A stretch of DNA of 64,000 bases, from IMG/VR virus record IMGVR_UViG_3300021407_000013, positions 1 to 64,000 of that record. The stretch is one strand, 5' to 3'. The notes under the pieces were generated by a model. That model saw only the letters and a list, made by a program, of their open reading frames with translations. It made no database searches and had not been told where the DNA came from. A program made the position numbers and the translations under genes. Positions 46,125-55,754 of the stretch are shown here, piece after piece. This stretch comes from a virus. Every line of letters begins with the position of its first letter. Within the stretch, counting starts at the first letter, position 1.

Positions 46125-46454
46125 ATGAAAAAAGAGAACCTGAAAATTCTCAAGGATGCTATCCAAGTCCTTACTGATCAAAATCACAAGTTCGACACTC
46201 TTGTTGCTGATACCATAGGTATCATTGACAAGGAGCTAGAGAACATTGGAAATCTAGCGGACAATCTTCAATCTGAATTCGACGATATGTCTGAGAAGCA
46301 GCAGGAGAGTGATAAGGGTTCTGAACTTGAGGAAGCTATCAGCAAGGTAGATGAAATCAAGACGGAACTTGAAGAGCTTAAGGATGAACTCGACGATGCA
46401 CCATTCGACGATCTCATTACTAAGCTAGAGGAATTGGATCCAGGGTCCAAGTAA
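46125..46454 (+). CDS. Acidic coiled-coil protein
   Basis: SD AAGGAG; very high D/E content. Confidence 0.6.
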   Translation: MKKENLKILKDAIQVLTDQNHKFDTLVADTIGIIDKELENIGNLADNLQSEFDDMSEKQQESDKGSELEEAISKVDEIKTELEELKDELDDAPFDDLITKLEELDPGSK

Positions 46455-46504
46455 AAAATTTTGGGCGCTGCTTTCTGTGGCGCCCAATCTCTCAGGAGTG
46501 TACA

Positions 46505-46705
46505 ATGGCTAATAGAGAGATATCAGTCGATAGTAAATCTTGGGATCTTGCAGAATATTTTTTGGAAGAAGAACCTATTAAAGATGAAGATAGAAAAAGA
46601 GTCACAGATATGTTAGCTCAAGAAATACAACAATGCGTTGAAGACTTTATCTATTTAACTATGCCACATCTAGGAGTGTTGAAAGATGCCGACAGGTCCA
46701 GGTAA
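46505..46705 (+). CDS. Hypothetical protein
   Basis: SD AGGAG. Confidence 0.55.
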   Translation: MANREISVDSKSWDLAEYFLEEEPIKDEDRKRVTDMLAQEIQQCVEDFIYLTMPHLGVLKDADRSR

Positions 46706-46919
46706 ATATGACGCAGAAGCCTCATTCGTGCAGGCACGCACTCAAGCACAAGGCGTATTATTGATAATATTAGAAGGAACTAAAGGTAATGGTTTTTCAA
46801 TAGCTACTTTCGATATTCAAGCAACTCTTGAAATTACATTATCTTTGCCAAAATTACTTAGAGAAATGGCAAATCAAATAGATGCTGATATAAAGGAACA
46901 AGGTCTTGGCCAAACCTAG
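46686..46919 (+). CDS. Hypothetical protein
   Basis: GPGKYD motif; SD. Confidence 0.55.
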   Translation: MPTGPGKYDAEASFVQARTQAQGVLLIILEGTKGNGFSIATFDIQATLEITLSLPKLLREMANQIDADIKEQGLGQT

Positions 46920-47139
46920 TAATCAAGAAGTACAATTCAGATTATTGCAAATGCCATGTTGCGGCATATTGATCTGCTGGGTCAACCCGAGGCGTCCAAT
47001 GCGCTGTCCTGAGTGCGGAGAGCGCGTTTTTCATGCTTTCCCTAAAGCTAGATGGGAAGAGCAATATTCAAAAGCTTGGTTGCGCGTCGAAGATTATGAC
47101 AAAGCAACCTGGGTGAATTTGCCTGACGTACCAGCCTGA
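46906..47139 (+). CDS. Zn-ribbon protein
   Basis: PCC...CWVNPR.P..CPECG. Confidence 0.55.
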   Translation: MAKPSNQEVQFRLLQMPCCGILICWVNPRRPMRCPECGERVFHAFPKARWEEQYSKAWLRVEDYDKATWVNLPDVPA

Positions 47140-47211
47140 GGGGGCGACCCCCGCCCAGCACACCAGGAACTGGCGTCTATTGGAAGCAGCTAGACGAAAG
47201 TCAAGGCAAGG

Positions 47212-47249
47212 GTGGGAGGGTGAGTCCGCAAAGTCACTCTCCCACTTTC
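47212..47249 (+). terminator. Probable terminator hairpin
   Basis: GTGGGAGGGTGA..TCACTCTCCCAC then TTT. Confidence 0.6.
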
Positions 47250-47267
47250 CTCTAAATAGGAACGGAT

Positions 47268-47525
47268 ATGAAAAGGTCTAAGCAGTCAAAAGAAGAGCAT
47301 GAAAAAACCTGCTTTCGTTGCAGACTTCATGCATTAGTTGAAGAATTGTATCCCAACGGAGTAACTGACGAATCTGAGGGGCGCTTCATTTTAGTCGCAC
47401 TAGCTGAAGCAGCAGGTCAGATGTTAGCTGATTATGATGTGCAAGAATTCATGCTATTTATGACAGCTGTATCGAAATTTCACAACGATAAATGTGAAGA
47501 AGACGCGTCTGAAACTAAACACTAA
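47268..47525 (+). CDS. Hypothetical protein
   Basis: ORF with SD. Confidence 0.55.
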   Translation: MKRSKQSKEEHEKTCFRCRLHALVEELYPNGVTDESEGRFILVALAEAAGQMLADYDVQEFMLFMTAVSKFHNDKCEEDASETKH

Positions 47526-47543
47526 CCAGGAGAGGTAGCACTC

Positions 47544-47885
47544 ATGGAATTTTCAGAAGAGAAAATCGAAAACGCCCTTCAACTAAAACGCATACCAGAA
47601 CGTATGCACCCTGGTATAATTAAATGGATTCTAGTAGGACAAATGCCAGGACATTTTTTAAGCGCAGTCATTAAAAATGATTTGCGAGAATGTATTGAGA
47701 AAGCAGATGATGAAAATATACTATTGCTTTCGGCATATATTCAATTCTTTTATAATCATTCTCCAACAGGTTGTTGGGGATCGAAAGAGAAAGTCTTGCA
47801 ATGGGAGCAAGCTGGAGGTCTGAGAAAAGTAAAGTCAGTACCTCTAAGATTAGTTGACGGAGACATATTTGACGACGGAGAATAA
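47544..47885 (+). CDS. Hypothetical phage protein
   Basis: PG.FL.AV..NDL...AD..N...YN..P.GCWGS motif. Confidence 0.6.
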   Translation: MEFSEEKIENALQLKRIPERMHPGIIKWILVGQMPGHFLSAVIKNDLRECIEKADDENILLLSAYIQFFYNHSPTGCWGSKEKVLQWEQAGGLRKVKSVPLRLVDGDIFDDGE

Positions 47886-47886
47886 A

Positions 47887-48096
47887 ATGAAATCTTCTCC
47901 GTACAATGCAAAACTTCATTCCTTTTTATTGAAGAAGGGATATAAATATACTGAGAATATACGTTATGATAGATACGATCACGCTGGGGATGGCGTAACA
48001 GTATTCTACTATATCAATAGTTATATAATGATATTGGACCGCAATGGGGAACCCGCGTCTAAACATGTGACTCGTGAAATCGAGAAAGCTCTTTAG
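47887..48096 (+). CDS. Hypothetical protein
   Basis: Start re-assigned; resembles 38605..38937. Confidence 0.55.
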   Translation: MKSSPYNAKLHSFLLKKGYKYTENIRYDRYDHAGDGVTVFYYINSYIMILDRNGEPASKHVTREIEKAL

Positions 48097-48105
48097 GAGA
48101 ACCAG

Positions 48106-48309
48106 ATGCCGCGTATGACAATAAACATCAATCAGCCGAATGTTGAAGTTCTCGAATATTCGGCCGAAGTGATTAACAAATGGATAGAGAGAGAAAATTT
48201 CCAAGACGAGATACAGACTAAGTTTGAACATGCTATGGACGAAGCGCAAGCAGACATAGCGAATGGTAGCACGGACGTTCAATATGTCATAATAAAAATC
48301 ACAAAATAG
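48106..48309 (+). CDS. Hypothetical protein
   Basis: SD AGGAG. Confidence 0.55.
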   Translation: MPRMTININQPNVEVLEYSAEVINKWIERENFQDEIQTKFEHAMDEAQADIANGSTDVQYVIIKITK

Positions 48310-48318
48310 GGGCGCTCC

Positions 48319-48594
48319 ATGTACGGTATCATAACATTCGTGGGAGACTTTCCGGTGGAAGGTCAACCGGAATGGACAACAGAATATCTCTCAATAGTAG
48401 AAGCAATTGGTGCTGCCTCAAAGCAGCACCAAGAGCTAAAAGATTCGGAAAATGATCAACACTATACCGTAGTTTTGGACTTAGATCCTAACGTAGATGA
48501 TGACGTAAAATGGATCATCTATCAAGACAAGGAAACGGTAGGTGAAGAAGCGCAAATGCTAGCTGACAAGTTAGCATACGGAGAGGTGCCATGA
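48319..48594 (+). CDS. Hypothetical protein
   Basis: ORF in operon. Confidence 0.55.
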   Translation: MYGIITFVGDFPVEGQPEWTTEYLSIVEAIGAASKQHQELKDSENDQHYTVVLDLDPNVDDDVKWIIYQDKETVGEEAQMLADKLAYGEVP

Positions 48595-48791
48595 AAGAAG
48601 ACTATGAATACTATCCACACCAGATCGACGAAGATCACTGGGTAGTATTCAAAGTCAATACATATCATTATAAGGAACCTGAGAAAGTGTATGTAATAAA
48701 ACGTTGGGGAGGCGAGATGCACTGTGATTGCCCAGCAGGAGGGCGCTGCAAGCATTTAAGTATGATACAACCAAAGAAAGAACTATTCTGA
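48591..48791 (+). CDS. SWIM Zn-finger protein
   Basis: CDCPA..RCKHL. Confidence 0.6.
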   Translation: MKEDYEYYPHQIDEDHWVVFKVNTYHYKEPEKVYVIKRWGGEMHCDCPAGGRCKHLSMIQPKKELF

Positions 48792-49297
48792 TGCGCAAGT
48801 GTGGTGAATGTACTTTATGTTGTAAGCTAGTTCCAGTTAAGGAGATTGATAAGCCTGCTAATACACGTTGTAAGCATCAACGTCAAATTAAGGGCTGTCT
48901 AGTTTATCATACTAAACAAATGCCATTTTCTTGTCATGTTTGGAATTGTCGTTGGCTAGTTAATAATGACACAGCCAATATGGCGCGCCCAGATAGGTCG
49001 CATTTCGTCATCGACGTTATGCCTGACTTTGTTATTGCTTTGGAAGGCGATAAGAAAATCCAAATTCAAGTTGTGCAGATTTGGTGCGACGCTAATTATC
49101 GTGATGCTTGGAAGACTCCTAGTATGCACGATTATATGATGCGTCGTGGTTCAGAAGGCATTGCATCTATGATTCGTTATAGTTCGGATGATGCCATAAT
49201 TGTTTTTCCGCCTAATATGACACTTGAAAAGCAGTGGATTATTAGGTCAGGAAATATGAAAGAAAAAGAGGAGCTTTATAAAATTCTGGAGGAGTAA
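48791..49297 (+). CDS. YkgJ-like CxxCxxCC cluster protein
   Basis: CGECTLCCK...C.H...GC.VY...P.SC..W.C.WL. Confidence 0.7.
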   Translation: MRKCGECTLCCKLVPVKEIDKPANTRCKHQRQIKGCLVYHTKQMPFSCHVWNCRWLVNNDTANMARPDRSHFVIDVMPDFVIALEGDKKIQIQVVQIWCDANYRDAWKTPSMHDYMMRRGSEGIASMIRYSSDDAIIVFPPNMTLEKQWIIRSGNMKEKEELYKILEE

Positions 49298-49300
49298 ACT

Positions 49301-49501
49301 ATGGATGTTAGCGAGCGTGAGAAACGTATTTGGGATATTGCAGAGAAATTGAATCTTTATATCATTGATTTAGATGAGTGGCCAAATCCTGTATCAGAAG
49401 GATATTGCGCCTCATTCAGTTCATTAGACGTAACAGGAAATGGAGCAACTCCAGAATTAGCTCTTGAAGATTTAATTGTTAAATTGGAACAAAGGGATTA
49501 G
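49301..49501 (+). CDS. Hypothetical protein
   Basis: G.GATPE.A..DL motif. Confidence 0.55.
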   Translation: MDVSEREKRIWDIAEKLNLYIIDLDEWPNPVSEGYCASFSSLDVTGNGATPELALEDLIVKLEQRD

Positions 49502-49554
49502 TGGTGTAACCCCTCGCCACTAATAAAACTCTCACAGGGGTCTTGGAGTACACA

Positions 49555-49944
49555 ATGGAAAGCACTGAGCTTACTTGGCACTTGCCGAGGGTACTTCCCG
49601 AGGTGAGTAATCCACGGAGTTTTCTGGATCATGTTCACTCGATCTTGAAGAAACTGTGGTCAAACGACGAATTTTATCAGTACATCGATGGTGTGACTAA
49701 CAAGCTGTCGGTTACTGGTAACTTTCTTGTTGATCGAGGGTTTGCTGCAAGGCAGATTCAAGATGTAGCCAAGGAGGATGGCATTGCTGATGTTGCGACA
49801 TGCAAATTGTCGAAGATCATGCGTGCCATCGAGACCATCCTGCGCCGCCCTGAGTATGCCATGGGCAGAAAGGAGCGCCTCGTTAACCTCAAGTTGTTGG
49901 AGGCGCAGCAGGCGACGCAAGAAGCTCAAGTTGCTGCTGAGTAA
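49555..49944 (+). CDS. Hypothetical protein
   Basis: SD GGAG; start re-assigned; preceded by pseudoknot. Confidence 0.6.
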   Translation: MESTELTWHLPRVLPEVSNPRSFLDHVHSILKKLWSNDEFYQYIDGVTNKLSVTGNFLVDRGFAARQIQDVAKEDGIADVATCKLSKIMRAIETILRRPEYAMGRKERLVNLKLLEAQQATQEAQVAAE

Positions 49945-50004
49945 GGCGTAGCGTAAACGGGGGCCAGGGTAAAACCTGGCCCCCACCCAACTAGGAGAAT
50001 AAAA

Positions 50005-50538
50005 ATGGATGTCACTGTTGTGGAAAAGAACACAAACGTGAAGATTTATGATGCACTTATATTTATTCAGGCTTATGAGACAGATAAAAATGAACTGCCT
50101 ACAATAAATCAAATCGCTAAAGCTGTAGGTTGTTCCAAAAGCACAGCATCAGAAGCATTACATGAAAATAAAAGTTTGCAAGCTGGATTGCTAGGTCCAG
50201 TCAAATTAAGCAAAGCACAAGAATATCATATCAATGCGATAATAGCTAGAAGAAAAAGGGAATTTGAAACAGAATTTAATGAGCGTGTCAGACTAGCTAT
50301 GTTGGAGCATAACGAAAGTTATAGGGCTGGATTAGAAAAGCTCAAAATAGAGGCGCAAAAGAAATTTGATCTGTACGAAAAATTGGTTAACAAGCATAAG
50401 CCATTATTTACGGAGGCAGAATTTACGATGATTATCACGTGTTTACATCCAGATAATGTAGCATCAAAAGAGAAGCGTGACGAAGCATTTAAGCTCGTCA
50501 ATCTTAACAAACTCGCACTAATGGGAAAGGGAAAGTGA
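50005..50538 (+). CDS. HTH-containing protein
   Basis: PTINQIAKAVGCSKSTASEAL. Confidence 0.6.
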   Translation: MDVTVVEKNTNVKIYDALIFIQAYETDKNELPTINQIAKAVGCSKSTASEALHENKSLQAGLLGPVKLSKAQEYHINAIIARRKREFETEFNERVRLAMLEHNESYRAGLEKLKIEAQKKFDLYEKLVNKHKPLFTEAEFTMIITCLHPDNVASKEKRDEAFKLVNLNKLALMGKGK

Positions 50539-50539
50539 A

Positions 50540-51130
50540 ATGGAAACAACCAGATTTTATACAACTGCTGACGGAGTAAAATTTCCGCTATATGAAGCAA
50601 TGTATGACTATCACTTTACTGTCCATAAAGTTGATTGTGTAAAAGCCAAAATCGCAGACCCTGAGGGTTGTTTATTGGCTTTAGGTATCAAACATGATAA
50701 GAAAGTTTTGGCAGCATATATTGGCAGTGGCAGAGATGCTTATATTATCTTCAAGGCCAGACCTGGTGCTCCACATTCTTTTCAACATGTGGCACATGCT
50801 GTGCATTTTATGATACCAACTACTTCTGGTAGAGTACGTGACTATTTCGATGCCCATGAAGGTAAAGAAATTTTAGCATTGAAACTAACTCCACCTACTG
50901 CTACTCAAACAAAAGACGCAAAAGCAACTTATGATAAAGTTCGTGCTGAAAGAATTAAAAATGGAGAAATTGTACCTGTTCCAAGAAGACAACCTAGAAG
51001 TACAAGAATTACCAGATTAGGTGTTCCGCATCGGCCAAAGGCAATAATTTCAAGAGAAGGAGTAACTGTTCCTGAAAGAGCAGATACTCTAAGAGACAGT
51101 GACATTGTAGACAATGTTATGAATAACTAA
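50540..51130 (+). CDS. Hypothetical protein
   Basis: 196-aa ORF. Confidence 0.6.
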   Translation: METTRFYTTADGVKFPLYEAMYDYHFTVHKVDCVKAKIADPEGCLLALGIKHDKKVLAAYIGSGRDAYIIFKARPGAPHSFQHVAHAVHFMIPTTSGRVRDYFDAHEGKEILALKLTPPTATQTKDAKATYDKVRAERIKNGEIVPVPRRQPRSTRITRLGVPHRPKAIISREGVTVPERADTLRDSDIVDNVMNN

Positions 51131-52365
51131 CCAAATAAATCCTTATCAGTTTGAGAGATAGATGTTTTCTGTCTCTCAAGTTCTTCTTTCATTTTGATGT
51201 AGTCTTCTTCCCACATGACTTCACCTATCCACGGCGGCTTAAATCCATTTTCCTTTGCTGCCCAAATAAGACCTCCAAGACTTTTAGTCCCATTTCTAGG
51301 AAATTCTGGGCGATGCGATTTCCACTGTCGCATGAAGTAGCCCTGTCCGCGACCCAATACACCGTATCTGGCGCCGCCAGAAACTGCTTCAAGAAATAGC
51401 TCTGTGGCTTCATCTATCGTTAGATTATTTGCCTCGTTTTCATCATGTATTGCACCTATTAATGGTAACATTACATGAAGTGTATACCATTCGTTTGTAT
51501 CTGCCAACCCTTCGTCTCTAATGAACTCTATACATGCCAACGCTTTCTTATACGCTGTCCACTTAGAATCTTTGCGAGGTATAAATGGTTGTCTCTGCGA
51601 CTGTGCGCGAGTTGGCGTTATATGTGGCACTATTGATCTCAATACATCAATGCTATATTTACAACAATAATTTTTGGCTATGTATGCTAACGCTACTTGC
51701 TGGCCTTTGGTTTGCTTCTCTAGTTTTGGATAATTTACCGTTCCTGGAAGACGCATCACTCGGTCTACGTTGGACATATTATCAACTTTAACTGGAAGGT
51801 GCGCTACCTTGGAGCGCAAGAACGTCTCGAAATCATGCCCAAGATTAGTAACGAATGAGCGCATCTTAATGGCCCATTGGTTTTCTTCTTTCTTCTTCTC
51901 AGTATCTGCTGGAAGATGTAATCTGATTCCTTCCCTTCTATCAAGTAGATAGATAAGATGGAAACCACCGCCTGTGTTAATGACTAGCGATGGTTTTAAT
52001 CCAAGTTCTTTATCTATAAAATCCAAAACTTTTTCTTGATCTCTTTCAAAAGATGTAAAATCTATATCAAACGCTAAGGCTCTAATGCCTATGATATCAT
52101 CTATGTTATTTTTGCCACCTTTGCCTTGTCTGTCATAAATATGACAAGGTATGTTGACACTATAATATACATTGGATTTGCGAGCTTGGCGCTTCTTGAT
52201 GTCTGCTATGAGCAAGTCTCTTTGTTGCGCCTCAAAAGTGCGTCCAGCTTCCCAAACGGGTCCGTTATCAGGCCCTCCGAATGGTGCTTCAGAAGCAATC
52301 GTGTGGCGCCCATTAGGTTCTAGGATGTCAAGAAACTGAAGAGCTTGTTCTATTTTGAGTTCCAT
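51127..52365 (-). CDS. AEP-family primase (RepB-like) with helical C-terminal domain
   Basis: NVYYSVN, AFDID, PSLVINTGGGFHLIYLL, RVMRLPGTVN motifs. Confidence 0.85.
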   Translation of the reverse strand: MELKIEQALQFLDILEPNGRHTIASEAPFGGPDNGPVWEAGRTFEAQQRDLLIADIKKRQARKSNVYYSVNIPCHIYDRQGKGGKNNIDDIIGIRALAFDIDFTSFERDQEKVLDFIDKELGLKPSLVINTGGGFHLIYLLDRREGIRLHLPADTEKKKEENQWAIKMRSFVTNLGHDFETFLRSKVAHLPVKVDNMSNVDRVMRLPGTVNYPKLEKQTKGQQVALAYIAKNYCCKYSIDVLRSIVPHITPTRAQSQRQPFIPRKDSKWTAYKKALACIEFIRDEGLADTNEWYTLHVMLPLIGAIHDENEANNLTIDEATELFLEAVSGGARYGVLGRGQGYFMRQWKSHRPEFPRNGTKSLGGLIWAAKENGFKPPWIGEVMWEEDYIKMKEELERQKTSISQTDKDLFG

Positions 52366-52366
52366 T

Positions 52367-52600
52367 TTATTCTCCTTTCTTTACGGATTTGATTTGTATT
52401 GATCTTAGGTTCTTGGCTGTTTTAATTGTCTTAGATTGTTGATCGCTAAATTCTTTATATGATTCAGTAAGTTCCGAAAATTGATGCTTTAACATGATGT
52501 AAATTGCATCATATAAACGAATAGTCTCATCGTAATTTTCCTTAGCTTTCTCCCATCTATTTTTAGCGCGTTCGTATTCATCCGTAAACAGATCTGGCAT
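52367..52600 (-). CDS. Hypothetical protein
   Basis: SD GGGAG downstream of promoter. Confidence 0.55.
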   Translation of the reverse strand: MPDLFTDEYERAKNRWEKAKENYDETIRLYDAIYIMLKHQFSELTESYKEFSDQQSKTIKTAKNLRSIQIKSVKKGE

Positions 52601-52629
52601 AATTTCTATTTCTCCCTATTACTTGCGTA

Positions 52630-52658
52630 AGCATAGCATAAACCGGAAAAGAAAGCAA
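52630..52658 (-). promoter_or_regulatory. Phage promoter
   Basis: TTGCTT-N13-ATGC-TATGCT. Confidence 0.7.
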
Positions 52659-52709
52659 CACACGAAAATGTTACCTGCTAAATCATCCAAACCCAAGAGG
52701 AACGTATAA

Positions 52710-53048
52710 ATGGCGAGCTTCACTTACAAATCCTACAATTTTGTGGATAAAGATCCTATAATTGATGAAATCCGAACTGTCTATCAAGACAGCGGAGTCA
52801 ATTATAAATGGATAGAAGATAACAGTGGCGTAGGCGCAAAGACGCTATCGAATTGGTTTAGCGGCAAGACTAAAAAGCCACAAGCTGCAACTATCAATGC
52901 TGTACTTAGATCATTAGGTTACAAGCTAGGCATTGTTGAATATGGTAAACAAGTTAAAGTATTTCCAATAATGGAACAACCTAAGCCAGTTAAAACATCT
53001 GTACGCCATGTCGTGCAGATGAGCAAATACAAAAAGAGACACAAGTGA
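52710..53048 (+). CDS. XRE-like HTH regulator
   Basis: SGVGAKTLSNWFSGKTKKPQAATINAV. Confidence 0.7.
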   Translation: MASFTYKSYNFVDKDPIIDEIRTVYQDSGVNYKWIEDNSGVGAKTLSNWFSGKTKKPQAATINAVLRSLGYKLGIVEYGKQVKVFPIMEQPKPVKTSVRHVVQMSKYKKRHK

Positions 53049-53225
53049 ATCCCACGGAGGATACAACCCCAGCAGCGGTCGCGTGACAACCGGCTAGTGA
53101 TGGACCCTTAGTAAATGGCCTGCAAGCAAGGCTATATTGAACGGGAGTTTTGGCACTACAAGACATGATTCAGGTCCTCTCGTGGGGTTAGACATTGCCT
53201 GTGAAATCATGTAACGTCGCGTATT

Positions 53226-53266
53226 GAGGCTGTCGCCGGAATGGGCCGGTGGCAGCCTCTCTTATT
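53226..53266 (+). terminator. Probable terminator hairpin
   Basis: GAGGCTGTCGCCGG..CCGGTGGCAGCCTC then TCTTATT. Confidence 0.6.
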
Positions 53267-53286
53267 ACTCAAACAGGAGAAGAAAG

Positions 53287-53712
53287 ATGAAGTACAAAGT
53301 AGAGTTTTCAGGTAACGCAGAAATCATGTTTGCTATGATGGCAAAGCTTTTGCCAGACGAACTTAATGTTCATGTCGAAGAACTGCCTGAACCCAAAGAA
53401 GAACATTTCTCTAAAGTGGCGCAACTCGTATCTAATAACCAAAAACTAATGGCTCCTCCAAAGATAAAGCCAAAACGTATGGAGCATTATAAACATCCAA
53501 GCGGCAAGACTGTTCAAGATTTTGTCATTGAGTTTCTTAAGACCCGCCCATCAGCAACATGGGCAGAAATGAGCAAATATACTGTAGAGATTGGTTATAA
53601 TAAAAGCTCAATCAATAATGCAGTAACTAGATTGATGTACAAAAAGGTTCTTGAGAAGGTGGCACCTGGAGTATATAGACTCACAAAGAAATCACACGAT
53701 AAACAAGTATAA
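53287..53712 (+). CDS. Winged-helix DNA-binding protein
   Basis: Start re-assigned; KSSINNAVTRL.....EKVAPGVYRL. Confidence 0.6.
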   Translation: MKYKVEFSGNAEIMFAMMAKLLPDELNVHVEELPEPKEEHFSKVAQLVSNNQKLMAPPKIKPKRMEHYKHPSGKTVQDFVIEFLKTRPSATWAEMSKYTVEIGYNKSSINNAVTRLMYKKVLEKVAPGVYRLTKKSHDKQV

Positions 53713-53721
53713 ATTTTTCGT

Positions 53722-53750
53722 TTGCTTTCGTGCCGAAAATGTGCTATGCT
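53722..53750 (+). promoter_or_regulatory. Phage promoter
   Basis: TTGCTT-N13-GTGC-TATGCT. Confidence 0.7.
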
Positions 53751-53762
53751 TAACAGTAGAGG

Positions 53763-54917
53763 ATGAATTTGATGTTGCTAGACTGGATATACAAAAAAGA
53801 TGTCTCAGGTAATACAAGAATATGGCAAGCAGAGGTTGGGGAAGGAGAATGGGAAGGTTGCTGGAGATCGCATTACGGTACTTTGGGTGGTCAAATAATA
53901 ACAACAGAATGGACCCAAGTAGAGTTGAAATCACAATCATCTATAATGGAGCAAGCTATATTTTATGCCAATGCGGAAATGAAAAAGAAATTGAAAATAG
54001 ATTATAAGCTCAATATAGCAGATATAAATGAAGCTCGTCAAAGTTTTATTAAGCCGATGCTTGCCCAAAAATATGTAGGCTGGCAGCGCCCTTGTTTTGC
54101 TCAACCTAAGTTAGATGGTGTGCGCTGTTTGGCGAACGTAGATGGACTATGGACGCGCACCAATAAACAAATCATTTCTACGCCTCATATCGAAGCAGAA
54201 TTGAAGGCGTTCTTTGAAGAACATCCGCACATTATTTTGGACGGAGAATTGTATAATCACGATCTAAGTGATAATTTCAATAAGATAATTTCTTTGGCTA
54301 GGAAAACTAAGCCAGAATTTGCTGACCTAGAAGAATCAGCAGAACTTATCGAATATTGGATTTACGATATGTTTGATTTAGATAATCCAGAAACTATATA
54401 TGAAGAAAGATGGGATTATATACATGATAATTTATTCAATATAGATCATAATATAAATATGACAAAGGCAGTTCCAACCAAATTTGTTACAACCGAAGAT
54501 GAATTGGATATATACAATCAAGAACTCTTATTGGCAGGATATGAAGGGCAAATGGTACGCCACAATGTCGCGTATCAACAGAAGCGCACAGATAAACTTC
54601 TCAAGCGCAAAGAGTTCGTTGACGAAGAATATGAGCTTAAGTCGATTGAGGAAGGAGCAGGACAGTGGAGCGGCTATGCCAAAATAGCTGTTTGCCAACT
54701 ACCTGATGGCAGAGAGTTTAGAGCAGGCATTTCTGGAACACAAGAGTTCACATTACAGCTTTTGGAGGAAAGAGAGCAATATCATTCTGTTACGATTAAG
54801 TATCAAGCGTTAACACCGGATGGAATTCCTCGTTTCCCAATCGCTATAAAATTTTGGGAAGAAATGTTCGATAGACTAGACGAAGTGATCAAACCAAAAC
54901 GCGATCTTTTCGCATAG
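53763..54917 (+). CDS. ATP-dependent DNA ligase
   Basis: PMLA, QPKLDGVRC, LDGELY, GYEG.MVR, LLKRK, PRFP. Confidence 0.92.
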   Translation: MNLMLLDWIYKKDVSGNTRIWQAEVGEGEWEGCWRSHYGTLGGQIITTEWTQVELKSQSSIMEQAIFYANAEMKKKLKIDYKLNIADINEARQSFIKPMLAQKYVGWQRPCFAQPKLDGVRCLANVDGLWTRTNKQIISTPHIEAELKAFFEEHPHIILDGELYNHDLSDNFNKIISLARKTKPEFADLEESAELIEYWIYDMFDLDNPETIYEERWDYIHDNLFNIDHNINMTKAVPTKFVTTEDELDIYNQELLLAGYEGQMVRHNVAYQQKRTDKLLKRKEFVDEEYELKSIEEGAGQWSGYAKIAVCQLPDGREFRAGISGTQEFTLQLLEEREQYHSVTIKYQALTPDGIPRFPIAIKFWEEMFDRLDEVIKPKRDLFA

Positions 54918-54926
54918 GAGCGCCAA

Positions 54927-55745
54927 ATGAACGAAGTGCAAACAACACCCCAACGTAGTCTAGCACTAGATGATGAACTCTTGTCACTTGGCGGCATGGG
55001 TACTGAGAACGTAAAATCCAAAGACGTTCTTATTCCACGCCTAGTTATTCTTCAAGCTCTGTCTCCTCAATTGAATAAGAAAAAAGCAGAATATATTGAG
55101 GGTGCAGAGATTGGTGATTTCTGCAATGTGGCAACAGGTGACATCTATAAGGAATCAGTTGTTGTTGTTCCTTGCCATTTTGCGACAGACTATATTGAGT
55201 GGACAAAGAACCGTGGTGGTCTAGCGCAGAACTACGGAGATGACGCAACTATCCTGAAGCAGACTGTTAAGAATGACAAGAACGAAAACATCTTGCCAAA
55301 TGGAAATAGCGTCCAAGAGACGGCACAGTGGTATTGCCTTCTGCAAGATGGCGCTTCTTGGTCAAGAATTTTCTTTCCGCTAAAATCAACTAACCTAAAG
55401 CACTCACGTAAATGGCTTACGTTGTGTAGAGCTGAAGTAGTGCAACTTCCGAATAACGAGCTTTGGAAGCCACCTCTTTTTTGGCGTTCTTGGAAATTGG
55501 ATATTGTCAGCGATGGCAATGACCAAGGCGACTGGTACACTTTTAGACCAGTTAAGGGTGAACTCATCATGGATGTCGATCCAAGTAAGCAACTAATTAG
55601 ACTATGCAAATCATTCCACGAAGATATTCGTACCAATGTTGTTCGTCCTGATATTGAAACAACTCAGGATGAAAGTCAAGGCCCCATAATTGAAGGGAGG
55701 GTTAATCGGAAAACAGATCCAAATGATAAGGATATACCATTCTAA
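54927..55745 (+). CDS. Single-stranded DNA-binding protein (phage type)
   Basis: IPRL.ILQ.LSPQ N-terminus; acidic DKDIPF tail. Confidence 0.7.
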   Translation: MNEVQTTPQRSLALDDELLSLGGMGTENVKSKDVLIPRLVILQALSPQLNKKKAEYIEGAEIGDFCNVATGDIYKESVVVVPCHFATDYIEWTKNRGGLAQNYGDDATILKQTVKNDKNENILPNGNSVQETAQWYCLLQDGASWSRIFFPLKSTNLKHSRKWLTLCRAEVVQLPNNELWKPPLFWRSWKLDIVSDGNDQGDWYTFRPVKGELIMDVDPSKQLIRLCKSFHEDIRTNVVRPDIETTQDESQGPIIEGRVNRKTDPNDKDIPF

Positions 55746-55754
55746 GGAGAAGAC

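Noticed and set aside
47182-47190. GGAAGCAGC resembling SRP RNA helix 8
   Set aside because: The CAGG..CC-GGAA half and long hairpin are missing.
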